Under the pieces are notes generated by a model. That model did no database searches. It had not been told where the DNA came from and saw nothing but the letters and a program-made list of their open reading frames with translations. A program made the position numbers and the translations under genes. Source: Basidiobolus meristosporus CBS 931.73 (taxonomy: Eukaryota; Fungi; Basidiobolomycota). Taken from it: a DNA stretch of 64,000 nt. Numbering within the stretch: position 1 is the first letter of the stretch; the number at the start of each line of letters is the position of its first letter. This document shows, piece by piece, positions 1-12,966 of this stretch. The stretch covers positions 1-64,000 of the forward strand of contig MCFE01000117.1 of assembly GCA_002104905.1 (NCBI GenBank), given 5' to 3'.

Positions 1-947
1 ACCTATATCCCGATTTCAAAACTTTAACCAAGATGAGCTTGAATTGGATAAACCTATCTACACGCATGACTATTCAAGTTGTTGCTACCTAGAAGCATAT
101 CCGCATATGGCTGGGCTTGGAATATTTAGTCGTCACATTCCTCAGTTTGGATGCTGGTTTGCCTTGGGACAGTAGCACACCAAATGACCCCATTGCTCTG
201 CCATAATGCGTTGGGCAGTCTGAATGTCTCGAGCATACGTATCATTGAAAGAGAAGAGCAGCTCTCAAAGCAGATGAGATCAGGTGGAAGCATTCCCTTC
301 TGATGAAAACAATGCAATGATAGGTAATACCTAGAAATGAAGATTCCCGAGAACCTCGTTCCGATCGGGATTTGCAAATAAATGGCGGCTTTTGGCAGCA
401 TTCGAAATATAATTCGATATTACATACTATTAGCCATTTGTTGATTCCTTGAAATTACCTGCAGGTGATACAGACCTCGCGACCCTCGCCAGAGTCTTGG
501 TGGGTACTAATATCTATCTACTTTTAGATCCCCATATTAAATTTCCTCGCCAATGTTATCTGAGATACGAAATCATGATTCACGCATCTCTGATGTCATA
601 GCCCGACCATGGCCCACAATAACAAGTACAAATGGTTGCGGATAACGTTCAACTAAGGCTGATTTTGCTGAAATTTACTCAATTGGGATGATTGTTGCTG
701 TATTTGCCGACCAATCTGGGGAGCATCCTACCTCTGTTGATGCTCCATAGGGCCCATTAATAATGGGCGGATTTACATGAGTGACTGGCAATTGGTTCAG
801 TATTTCTCTTTCCGGGAGCTTTGTTTATTATACACGTGTAGTGAGTGGAAAGAAGCGTGCAGAATGGCGAGTATGCAAAAAGATTCAATTAGCTCCTCGA
901 ATCATGATTGACTACCATTAAATATGACTTGGCCTAGGGTAAACTTA

Positions 948-2029
948 TCATACAGGGCTGTTCGTGGTGGGGGGGGGGGGGGGTTCGCGACATCCCAAAA
1001 ACCATTTGTGAAGGGGACCAAGAGGGTTGATGGGACTATGTACAAAAGAATTACCAACATTGCTAATAGTGCCATTCAAGTCATGGGTCGAGAGGAGATA
1101 GGTATCTTCACACTCATATTGAATCCACCTCCTCCTTACATTTTCTTAAAGTCGTTCGGCAGAGAAAGTCCGTGGTCGATGTTTTCAAAAAGTATGAAGG
1201 GATCACAGTCACCCATGGTGATATTTTGGAAAGATAGCAAAATCTGGGTGTTGTTGGTTCGAGGATCATTCGGTCCAAGTGGCTTCACTTTGACCGACAT
1301 GTCGACAAACAGTGGATACTCCTGGAAGAACTCCTCAACACCAAGCTGTACAACGGTAGCATCATCACAGCACTTCGGCAAGGAGAATACGTGTCCCGCA
1401 CGAACTTCAACAAAAACCTTGGATAGTTTCGCAAACGAGCGAAGCTCGGTACGAGTAACAGAGGATGAAAACAGGTCATTCTTGAGTCTCTGTAGTATGC
1501 TCCTGGCTGATTTATCCACTCCGTCTTCCAAAATTGGAATGAAATCCTCTGCATCTGCTGATCCGGCAAGTTTATCACCAAGCCAGTGCTCCACAACTCT
1601 GGCAATAAACGACGTTGCTACTGAGCCGTGGCTCCCAATGTGGGGGATGGACAAAAACCCACCGCCACGTCCGATGTCAAAGAAGTAGGTAGAGCGCACG
1701 GTGGAAACGGCGGCGAAAAATTCCGAGTCCAGTTCCTTGTTGAACGCACCATACAGCTCTTTGGACTGAGGATCGGAAGGCACCCTAAAAGCCCCTAGCT
1801 GTGGTACAAGAGCATCGCTGCGACTACTGCTTTCAACAACAATTCGGTCCGCCGAACGTGTTGCGGTTAGCTTGGGGCGGCTGGACGACTCCTTGAGGGC
1901 AATATTATGGATGGCTGGAGAGTAACGCAGTGTTAGAGCATGTATAGGTTTTTATCGGCGATCATTATACTCACCAGAAGCCGTGGAATTAGTGTTTTGG
2001 AAGGAAGAGGAGGAAGGTACAGTAAGCAT
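948..2029 (-). CDS. Hypothetical protein, ~305 aa, 3 exons (2029-1975, 1914-1140, 1035-948)
   Basis: ATG at 2029. Intron GTGAGT..CTAAC..CTCCAG (1974-1915) and intron GTAAGG..CATAG (1139-1036) keep one frame, which includes the 215-aa ORF 1136-1783. No family recognised with confidence. Confidence 0.6.
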
Positions 2030-5000
2030 GTTCGTAGAGTATGTGACTGGAGGAACGTGGAAAATTGTTGAGTGTGCTTGGGATGGTGTAACAGTACGAA
2101 GGCTCTTATTGGAAGGCTAATCCCAGTGTAAGAAATTGGATGTGAATCGGTAGAGGTCAATAATGATTTGGATCACGATATTGAGGACGGCAAAGGAGTC
2201 TGCTAACTTTATATATTCTCAATGATCAGAAATCACCGCTAGAGCAATCAGATAGGTATCCCAGTTCAGCCAATCACCGCATGTCGCACAGGACCCCTGC
2301 TGCAGTGGAATCCAGTCTGCCAAAGAATGATTTCATCATAAACTGATAGAAAATAAGATATGAGCAGGAGATAACGTTCAACTGTATTTTTCATACTTCC
2401 TCTCAAATTACCGCAATGCATTCGATGATATATGATTTCCACCTCGTGTTTCTAAATATGGTGGGGATGATCTCAAGAGGCTTGGATATGATGGACTGTT
2501 GATGGGTGTTGCTAAATATCGGATTCATAGCCTGGATTTCGGCAGGTGTAGATGCACCGGGTATTATCAATAGCGTCAGGTCACGACAGCTCTACCTTTC
2601 GAGCATGGCTTGGGGCCTCCAAGAGGGCTCCTGACCGGCGCTGTGTGCTGCAACGGGCTTAGATGTGCAAGTGGCCTGGGCTCACCGCCAAGCAGTGGAT
2701 GTTGAGAAATGGCCGGGGCTGGGAATGCCGCTATTTCCATGAAATGGTGTGGGCGAATTCTAGCTTGCTTTCCAACCTGGATTCGCCAATAATCCGCACT
2801 GGCTCTAACCTCGCCTTCATGCTACATTTGCACTATGAAGTCATATGTGTTTATCCACCCTGCTGATGGTATCATGACTGTACTGCATCACCGGATCTGA
2901 TCAAGAGTGCGCCATTTCTATAGCACGGCTTTTCTGGGTGGGTTCAGATGGCGACTCAGGCTCGGTCAGCGTCTGAATGGGCATATTTGATGGTCCGACT
3001 TTGCGCATCCTGAAGGCCGCGAAGGATGGACGGGGTGGGAGGGACTTTCACACGATACCCCGTTCCAACTGGGATGGGTACGTGTGGGTGCAGTGTCAGA
3101 TATGATTAAGCCACGTTTGTTCCGAGCCATTTGACACCAACCAGAGCTCGGAGAATGCCATCAGCGCCGTATTCAAATCAAATCTGCCATGTTTTCAGAA
3201 TCGCAGAGCTGGTTCCAAGCGGAAGAGGTTAGGTTAGCTATTGATCCAGGTTCCACTTCTGGAGCCTATCCGATGGTTTTCAAAGATGGGGTGTATGATT
3301 CGAGCCATTGCCAGACAATGAGCAGAGCAAAAGACTGGAGGTTTCATATCGCTGCTGATTAGGGCAAGGTGTTGAGGATATTCATGTGCACCATTCCCTC
3401 AAGAATAATCCTCAGGTCGGGTTCACATAATACTACCTTTATTGATGACACAGGAGTGGAGTGTGCGCCGCCATTGGCTACCTTGGCCTGCAGCTTGCAA
3501 ACAATCTATGCCATGTCTGGATAATACTCAGCCATGGCTTGACGAACCACAGGTGATTGGCTCTGGCTCCATCCTGGCCATCATTTGTGAGGTGGGATCC
3601 CCATTTAGGCCTGAATGATATAATCCTGATTCCCAAAGCGACCGTCCGACCTATCAAGTGCCCCCACGAACGTGACTACGATAATATTCGGAGGGCGTCC
3701 ATTGGCTAATCGCCATATTTCATTGGTGAGCGATGAGATGCAATAGGACAGCACTGCCTCAACACATTGATATTGGCGGTAATTTTAGTTAGTACAAAGG
3801 TGGCATGGTTGCTCGATACAGCTGACTTCAGCATCTCCTGCTAGATGGCCGGGTTGAACATGAATGACAAATCTGTGTATTATTCTCAGCAATTCAGGCT
3901 CTGAGGGTAACTCAGATAGATGAATTCAGATGTTGGTTTCAGTGCCCATTTGGGGTGATGAGCGCTCCAACCTAGCTTTCTATTCACATTCACTCGTGAG
4001 CTGCAATGGTACGTACGTCCTCGCTATCTGGCCAGAATGTGTGAAGACTAGGCCCCAATCATGGTAATCTACCCATATCCGAGCTACCCAACCTCAGAAT
4101 CGCAGCTACGGCTGTTTTTTCCTCAAATCGGTCTCCCGCGCACCCCAAGTCGCTGGCTATTGGAGCGGTGTCAAAGGCCTGCTATTTCATACGAGATGCC
4201 CATGGACGCAGGTGAGGAAACTAGAACTGTCGACAACGAGGTGACCTAGCATCCCGTGGATTTCTCCCGGCAGCCGACTCCTCAGATAGAGGGAAGTGCG
4301 CTGTTGATGAGGTGACATTGGCGAAAGAGTAGAGGAGGTGTCATGAAACGTTACCAATCCACCCTCTCTAATTAAGGTCCATTGTGGATCTTCGCGGTTT
4401 CAAATTGCACATATGCTCAGTGGGTTTCATTTTCCCAACTATCTCTGTAATCGGAGCCATAGGGTACAAGGTGGTAGAAGGCGGGATGAGACACTCGTTC
4501 GATTCTAGCAGATGGGTTTGGTGATCAAGACTCTGATGTCATAGCAGCGGGTGGATCCCATGTGCAACAAGAGAGTGCAAGTGGGAGGCAGCTCACCCTT
4601 AAGCACACAACCAGGTAGACGCGCATCACCACACATGCCAATGTAATCATGATGCTTGGAGAGTGCCTCGATCATGCCACCATCCAACACGACGCGATCT
4701 ACTGAGTGTATCCGTTGCCAATCTTGCCCCGCTGAGCTAAGGCGAGGGCAGGACTTGGGGAATGGTAATGGAAGAATGAATCAGATGAGTATCAGATGCT
4801 CACTAATCAGGAGTTACTCAAATAGATTATAGATTGATTGGGGCTCTCGGCCACAGATCTTATGTGGCTGATAGCGCTGGGGGTGGCATGTTGGCACGAA
4901 TCATGGCCTGGCTTGCGCATCATGCTTGCTTGATATATCGTTGCTCATACTGGTTGGGCAGATTTCTGATCAATGGCTTCCTGAACATTCTAAGTGCTGT

Positions 5001-6071
5001 TTCATGACTCCATCGCACAACAGTCAGGTCGGCCCGTCTACCAATTGCCAGGAAAACCCGATTGATGGGATTGGTACACAATGCATTCCACATATATCAG
5101 CACAGTGTATAGAGGAGCGTTTCTGGCAATTTCAGAGGATATCGTCAGTAGATCCTAAACACAGCAGTGCCGCATCCATATCAGCTAGGATTTTCCGCGT
5201 TCCAATGGTTTCTTGATAGGGCATCACTACTGAGTTTAGGTTTCGAAGACTCGCAACACATGTCGCATAGAATGTGAAGCTTGTCTCATGGGTGCATCAG
5301 TTCTAATGATGTTACTGAAACAAGCTGGACCCGGAAGGCCATTCATGAAACAGAGCTGGAGAATCCAGACTGGCTCTGGAAGCTGCTCAATGATCCGATC
5401 TTTAGGCCCACCGATGCCTTGTATTGAGCAGCGTGTTTATTCTTGTTTGACACAAATACACTGACCATCTTCATGTTGGGACGAGATTTATCCATCATCT
5501 TACCAAACCATAGCAAGCCAAAAACTCACCACTGATTACTCACCACCCTTGTTGATACATTCTGGTCATGTGAAGTATTTAACGTTCGCAGTGTCCAAGT
5601 TCACACCCCAATGCACCCTTAATGAAGTAGCTTTTCAATACTTCCGCTGGCTGATTCTAGGGGGTGGCAGGATCCTTCTGTTGCTGGGTTATTTTGGATT
5701 GCCAATTTGCTTCTGTCACCTAAAGATTATCCATATTTAGTGGACATAATGTCTTGATGATGCCACAACCACTCTCCACTCATGCTAGATGAATGTAATT
5801 GCTACCATAGCAGACAACACCCCCATTCATCTATCTGATCCCTTATCTGGATGGCAACAGCCTTTATTTGAAGCACATGTATAGCATCTCCTTGGTGCCT
5901 GTCATCATTTCTAAATCAATACTTGCATGAGAATGTGAAGAAATAAGCCTGGATGTCAAGTGGAAGTAACAAATGCTGCTCATGATGTCCACAAGTTATA
6001 TACAGTTTGGAATCACTCATGTAAATAAGTTGACTAACGGTGTGATATAGCGGTCAGGGATGGCTACCACT

Positions 6072-6560
6072 TCAATGTTTGGCCACATTTGGCGTGAGGG
6101 AGAACCGCAGCGTTTCTTCGTATTGGCCAATAGATTCATTGTAGAACCCATTATTCAGCATATCATCGAAGTTCTTTGTTTTCTGTAATTTCTCTTTCGC
6201 TGTTTCCGCGCTGTCTTTTTGGAACAAGCCACCCTGGAGAGGTGGTGATTTCAGCGGGTAATCCATGGGTATAGGGAGCCTAATGGGATCCGCCAGTAAA
6301 GAAAACTTGGGCGATAATGGCACACTCAACTTGCGATGTTGTTTCTCAGATGTAGTACTGGGATGTCTGTTCGGGTCCGTCTTGTCCTCGATGAAGTTGT
6401 AGCACATCTTGGTACGCCCCGTGAGCCCCTCCATACCAAAGTTGTGTGCAGTGGGCGAAGAAACAGGAGAGATCGCCGAACGTTCTCTCTGTGGGATCAA
6501 TGTAAGCCTAGGAAGTGCCTTGAGAAATTTACGAACCATCAGAATTTGTTGGGTATACAA
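6072..6560 (-). CDS. Small hypothetical protein ending FDDMLNNGF...TLRFSLTPNVAKH; true start uncertain (possibly MEGLTG or MCYNF)
   Basis: Open 162-aa frame whose C-terminus aligns with the ORF at 8431-8703, which supports both being real genes. Confidence 0.65.
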   Translation of the reverse strand: MYTQQILMVRKFLKALPRLTLIPQRERSAISPVSSPTAHNFGMEGLTGRTKMCYNFIEDKTDPNRHPSTTSEKQHRKLSVPLSPKFSLLADPIRLPIPMDYPLKSPPLQGGLFQKDSAETAKEKLQKTKNFDDMLNNGFYNESIGQYEETLRFSLTPNVAKH

Positions 6561-8292
6561 CTGCTGTACAATCTAAGAACTTTGGAGGGCTGAAGAGAAG
6601 GCAGCTATGTAATAGAGATCTATTTGGGTAGCACCAACAGAAGTAAATCATCGACTTTTATATCGAATCTTGGTCGTGTATATGTATATAGCTATGCAGG
6701 TAACTAATCGCTGCTGCACTCTGTAAATTAATTAGAAGAATTTGACATATAATGTTGACTCCCACTGTATACAAATTCTTCAGAATGAGTGATGGTGATG
6801 TATCGCTTAAGAAAGCATTAAGTATGTAGCCGTTACTATTTGAATATCGATCTTGTCTACTGCATGCAAGTTTCACATTCATATCCAGTAGAGCTATTTC
6901 AAGAAGAAAGTCACCTACAGCTCACAACCAATCAATGTGCCGTTTATAAAAAGTTGACGATTACCATTTCTATACTTCCACGGAGGATTCCTGAAAGGGT
7001 GGTCACTGCCAGAGTTTAAGCCGTAGGAACCCTCGGTGGCTCGAGTGTGCAACAGTGGCTCCTCATTGGGTTATTTCAGACAGAGGTATATTTACAACCG
7101 AACCCCAGTTGGTGCATTGAGTATTCCGTTCGTAAGATGATGCAAAGATACGAGTGGTACATGCGAACCATAAAAGAGGGGAGGAGCGTATGTTCCCCTA
7201 TGATTCCTTTCTGATTTTGATACACCTCCTGCACAGAAGTGTGGTGGAGAATGTATGAGCCACCGATTCTCTCTATATTTGTCACAGGAAGACCGTACAT
7301 ATACCCGACCTCCAGAAAATCTAGGGTTTGTTTAGGGATCGCCATTCCCAGACTTGTCACTGTCAGAAGGAAGATCGATCACCCACCAGGAGTATAGCTT
7401 GCATCCCGACGCAGCTCACTTTATTAGAAAGTATGTGCCTACTTTGCATAGCATTACTTAGCTTCCTTCAAATGTATGTAGCCGGAAACACCAGCAAGGT
7501 CAGATTTGAAGTAATACCCACCCAAGACCTAACTAAACGAGGCTCTCAAGCCAGTTCCATAGTAACACCCATCGTGTTCGGTTTATTAATTTGGAATAGC
7601 GCCAGTATCCACCACAAGTAACACATCTGCGTCAGCAATGTATTATATCTTTGACAAAAGTAGCGTAGAATGACCGAGATGCTGAGGAAAAAGGACCGCC
7701 GTGGCTGAACTTACAGAAGACGACTTCAGCCCACAAGACTCGATGGCTTAGCAACATGCTATAAACGGATCATCTGCTCAGCAGGCTACGATACCTGAAT
7801 GGATCTGACCAATCTATGCAATCTGGAGGATATTCTCACACTTATTTTCTATGGGAGTATGGGACTCAATGAAACAGGATTTGCGAGGTCGCGGCATGTA
7901 TTTTCATTTAAAGTTTGCACTCACTATGTTTATAATACTGTGGATCATACTGCCTATGATCTTGGGTTGAGCACACCCAACCCAATCGAATCCTCACTAT
8001 TGCCAGCTGACGATCTGATAGCCTCTGCCAAGAGTGGGCAAGACAAAATCACCCCTTATTCATACCAGGAATTGAGCGGATCTTAGTAGGCAAGTTTGGG
8101 AGAGGAAATTAACTGGATCAAACACTTTCAAAACCATGGTCACCATTAGCCGGAATGCGAAACAATGTGTTCTGGCAGGAAGAGATTTTCAAAACCCCAA
8201 AGTTGTGTTCGGCTTGGGACCTGTCACAACGGTGGTATTGCTATGGGACATGGCTGCTGTGGATACGCAGAGGATACGCGGTTCGGAATTCA

Positions 8293-8301
8293 TATATAAA
8301 A
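8293..8301 (+). promoter_or_regulatory. Candidate TATA box of the 8431-8703 gene
   Basis: TATATAAAA about 130 bp upstream of the ATG at 8431. Confidence 0.4.
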
Positions 8302-8430
8302 GACCGCCGCCGCTGCGATACGCATCTTCCATTTTTTTAGATTTTGCCGGAGTCGTAGCAACTCTTGGAACTCTAGACCCGCTCAGAAAACCTCCCCGTC
8401 TTTGTGGTCTGGTACATTTGTGTTGGAAAC

Positions 8431-8703
8431 ATGTCAGCATACTCCCCTCCTCTGGCTCCTTTTAAAATGCCTGCGCGCAAACCCCGTGTTTCCCCTGGGC
8501 TTCCCAGTATTTGGACTCGTGTGGAAAACGAGGCTCCTTTGCCTAGTGTTCCGACCAACCATAGGGATCAGATGGAAACTGCGCGTCGGAAACTGCGCAT
8601 GGCCGCGAGCTTCGATGATGTCCTTAAGAACGGGTTTTTTGTAGACGGAAAATACCAGCCAACTGTACAATTCTCATTAACACCTACTGTTGCAAGACAA
8701 TAG
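8431..8703 (+). CDS. Small hypothetical protein (90 aa) ending FDDVLKNGF...TVQFSLTPTVARQ; paralog of 6072-6560
   Basis: ATG in AAACATGTC context, upstream TATA, and clear C-terminal similarity to the divergent ORF. Confidence 0.65.
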   Translation: MSAYSPPLAPFKMPARKPRVSPGLPSIWTRVENEAPLPSVPTNHRDQMETARRKLRMAASFDDVLKNGFFVDGKYQPTVQFSLTPTVARQ

Positions 8704-9545
8704 TACCTCTCACTGTGTGGCGACCAATGTATCCCACAGCCCCTATTAGGTTTGTTCTATAGAATTGGAATCTTAGCATCCGTGTATCTGCTGTGACATT
8801 CCAGTAAGACTACAGGCCTTGTTTGAGCAACCTGGCAACCGTTACTGAAAGCAGTACCAAGTATCAGTTTTGAAGGGATATTATTTATACTGGGATTGAT
8901 TCTACTACACTCCATAGGTACTTGCTTGAATCATCAAAGCTGCCTGCTATTATTAAAGTCCCCCCCCATCAATACGCTGTATTCTATAGATAAAGCACTC
9001 TGGGCAAGCACAGATCGTACTTCTATATAGATGGTGCCCCTCAAATGGCCCCGCCCGCCAGTCAGATAGCTGAAGCGTCTGGCGGTGTGGTGTTCTGATT
9101 TTCGCAAATGACTATCAACTATGCGAATTGCAACCAAGTAGGATTCGGCGAATATTTTCTAGAACACTAGTTGAACCGAGCAATCACGTAGGTTCGATTG
9201 GATGCTAGTAAAGATCCGGGATTCAGATATTCGTAAAATGATTGAAACATGAGAAATAATCATGATTCCAACCAATGGCCGCCCCTCAACCCCTTGATTA
9301 AATCTTGCTTTGGGTCACAGTGTTACTAGTTGGAGACGAAGAGTCTTTCAGCCAATCATCTCTCGTTGCTCTTCTTTTCAAAACAAACACGTAAAAGAGG
9401 TTACACGTACTTCAATAAATCCATATACTGTCTAGGTGTATCCTTTGTTTCCTTCTCAGCTTCTCTCCGGTGTTTTTTGGCCCACTAACCACTCCTTTCT
9501 AGTTTCATATAGGTTTTCTTCATTGTTATTTATTTCTTTACAAGC

Positions 9546-10247
9546 ATGGCCTCATTCAAAGTTAAAGCTCGCTCTTCGTTCACCGTGTTTTGCGACGGCG
9601 ATTCGTCCGAGGGCGCTTTCAACTCGCATATTGACAAGAAGCCTGCTAAAATCAAGCTTGGTCCCAATGCCGACAAGGAAAACTTCGATCCTGTCCGTAA
9701 GGTTTACTTGAATAAGCTTGCCAAGAAGGAAGCCCATCCTATGACCAATTCCGCCTCCACTTCCAAGACCCCAAGCAACCCAACTCGCTACAAATCCGAG
9801 AATAGCCTCACTCCTTCGCCTTTGGCCGACATCACCGAAGCCCATGATCGCCAGTACCAGTCCCCCCTACCGCTCTCCGTCTCGTACTCTACAGAAAACG
9901 TTGTACGTGTTGGCGATTCTCATGTCTGTGATTCCGCAACTAACATTCCATGCTATCTCAGGTAAACGATACGACAAAGAGCCAAAAAGCAAGCGGAAAG
10001 CACGCCAAGCCAATGCCGAGAAAGCAGCCTTTGTTCAAGGTAATTCTCTTCGATTCCACGCGCCTCAACTCAGCACTAATAATGTCTATTTGCGGGACGT
10101 TAGAGCACCCAAGAAAAGAGCAGTAGTGGCAACAAACGCTCTTCACCACCCGAAGTATCCTCCTCACAGCCCCGCAAACTGTCGCGTTCAAGTCGAGACG
10201 CCTCTGAGAGCAAATCCAAAATGTCGGCGCTTCATTTCCGTCTATAG
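9546..10247 (+). CDS. Low-complexity protein, ~192 aa, with ABBA-like (FTVFCD), KEN-box (DKENFDP) and PLADIT motifs; candidate APC/C substrate or inhibitor; 3 exons (9546-9902, 9962-10039, 10104-10247)
   Basis: Phase-0 introns GTACGT..CTAAC..CTCAG and GTAATT..CTAAT..TTAG join three open segments ending ...SALHFRL*. Confidence 0.65.
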
Positions 10248-11186
10248 TAAATCCTTGTATTCTTATTTCTCAATTGCATACCCGATTTCTGCATGATAGA
10301 TCCTATGGTTGCCGTTTTTTGCTTGCTAGAGCTTTCGTCCTATTCCCATCACTTCCCAGTTCTTTGTTCACCTGCCTATTTATTCAAGTCGCCATTTTTT
10401 ACCGTACTCAATTGTATTTAGATTTATAATGTTGAGATCATGTACAGGTAAACACTAAAGATATCACCCTTGTTTACTATCGACCAATTGTCCTGGAGGC
10501 TGGGCGAGCAAACGCTAGGCCGAGAGGGGTGGCGGGAGTCCACGCAGGCTGCTAACAAGTCGGGTTGTTGGGTCCGTTGGATGCTAGATTCGATGTGATG
10601 TCGAAGATGAATAATCTGGCGTGGCCGTCTGTAATGTGGCGGAAAACGACGCCCTAATAAGCCTACGGTCAATCTGCACTAGCTTCCGAGATCAGCAATC
10701 AGCATGAGGTTGAGAAACAAACGGTTTGGTACTCGGCTCGTAGCCTTCGCCGGAATGGCAGACCGGAACAGCGAGTATGGTTCTGTACTGTAGATGTAAA
10801 GCGGAGCGACAGTCCGAATTCTGCCGCCCTCTGTCAGATCAACCTCAAACTCACAGCTCTTGAGCTTTTCTCGCGTTTATTCGTTCATCTGATTGTCAGT
10901 TAGAAGCAATACAAACAACCGACCATGAAATCTATTTAGGGGGATAGTGACAAGGATGTAATGATTACATATGATGGATGATAAGGACTTTCATGGGCAC
11001 GAGGTGCCAGGGCTGGCATTTGAATGGGGAGAGACCGGGGTGTCCGCACGGGTTAGAAGATAGTCGATGCGCTAGAAAGTCTAAGAAGGCAACATGGGAG
11101 AGTGTGCAATGTTGGAAACAAGTAGATTGGAATAGTATACACCTTGGGAGCGAACAGGCCCGTCAGCCTCAATTCTACGAAAATTC

Positions 11187-12966
11187 CTAGGACCGACCGC
11201 GCGCAATTTGAATCAGCAAGAACACATTCAGGAGAACGATGATAATAGCCACGATCCAAGTCACAATCTTCATCGGCGTAGAGATTGAGAAATCCTCGTC
11301 CAAATTCAATGGTGCATCATCTTCCACAGGGATATCGTCATGCTCTCTTATTTCCTCCGGGTTCAATGGTTGTATCTCCATTCCGGTGTTTGGGGCTTGC
11401 GGAAGCCGCATCACTCTCCGGCTGCTAGTAAACAATACCAATGGGATGACCGCGAATGGAAGCTGTAAGCTCAGAATAACTTGGGATGCGATGAGAACCT
11501 CATTAAGGCCTTTGGATCCGGCGACAATGGCAACTATCATCGCTGGAATAATGGCGAATGCTCTAGTGACTATTCGCCTTAACCACGGCCTCATTGTGAG
11601 CCCAAGAAAGCCTTCCATAACCACTTGGCCAGCCATAGTCGCGGTGATGGTAGAACTTTGACCAGCTAACAGCAATGCCAACGCAAAGCTGGTACCGGCG
11701 ATGGGACCCAAGTAATCGGTTAGAAGCTTGTGTGCGTCAAACAGATCCGCCACTTCCACTTGAGTCGCACCATCTGTGCGGTAATGGAAAGCAGCAGCAG
11801 CAACCACCAGAATAGCCGAGTTGATGAACAGAGCAAACGTCAACGCGAAGATGCAATCGAATACTGAGAAATTCAGTGCGCTTTGAATCGATTGCACATA
11901 ATCCTCGGAATTGGTGTCCCGCTTCTCCTCGGAGTTGGGGGATCTGAGCTTTACGATATGGGAATGCAAGTACAGGTTATGTGGCATAACTGTTGCACCG
12001 ACAATCCCGATCGCCACGTAGAGCACGTCGAAATTGGTGAATATCTCCGCCGAGGGTAGAAATCCTGCCATGACTTGGCCCATGTTCGGCTTCACGTAGA
12101 CTAGTTGGATGATAAAACAAGCCCCAACTCCGCCAACCAAGATTATAATGAAGAACTCGAAAAACCGATTAGCCACCTTAGAATCGCTCCTGTTGGCAAG
12201 AAGAATAAGAAACACGTCAAACGCGGTGATCAACACTCCGTAGGGTAGAGGAATGCCGAACAACATTTCGAGAGCGATCGCGGAGCCAATCACTTCTGCT
12301 AGATCACAAGCCACTATAGCAATCTCACATAGCACGTACAAGGCAAGATTAACCGGACGTGAATAATATTTCCTACACATTTGCGCGAGGTCTGGGGTTG
12401 GGAAGTAGGTTAGTAGTTGTACAAGCATTAGGGGGTAGACTGAGTTCCTTACCGCAGCCAGTGACCACCCCTAAACGAATGCATAGCGTTTGTAACAAAA
12501 CTGCCATTACGTTGGATAGCAGAATAACAAACAAAAGGGTATAACCAAACTGCGAACCACCTACAGAGAGAGATGGTGTAAGAGCAGGCACCTTCTCTAA
12601 ACCAAAACTACGACTAAGTCTTACCGGAGAGATCGGTGGCCCAATTTCCAGGATCCATATATCCAACTGCTACCACTATTGAAACTCGAATTAGACAGCT
12701 GAGCAATGTACACGCTCTACTCGAATCCACGTACTGTAACCGGGGCCTATGAAAGAGAGCAGCTTCTTGAAAAACTTCTTGGTTTTCCCAAAAGCACGTT
12801 TGTATTTCGATTGTTGCGAGTATGGTAGCAAGTCATCCCCGCTCAGAATACTATTGATATCAACCTCGGAAAAGCTGCTTTTTCTGCTATATAGGGTGGC
12901 GGGTATGAAGCTATTCAGTCTTTCATATTGTAACGAAGGGGGTGTTGGTGGCTCAGGAGAAGACAT
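11187..12966 (-). CDS. SMF1: NRAMP-family divalent metal (Mn2+/Fe2+) transporter; 4 exons (12966-12735, 12675-12625, 12560-12453, 12391-11187)
   Basis: Spliced product has [28 protein letters not shown] and [19 protein letters not shown], all hallmark NRAMP motifs, plus many TM helices. All introns are GT..AG. Confidence 0.95.

Noticed and set aside
924-1688. 254-aa plus-strand ORF
   Set aside because: It is the antisense shadow of the spliced minus-strand gene; no recognisable motif, and it depends on the G15 tract.
1933-2160. ORF-track start MTSTD as first exon of the orphan gene
   Set aside because: It starts at TTG, and its phase does not fit the CTCCAG acceptor. The ATG at 2029 does fit.
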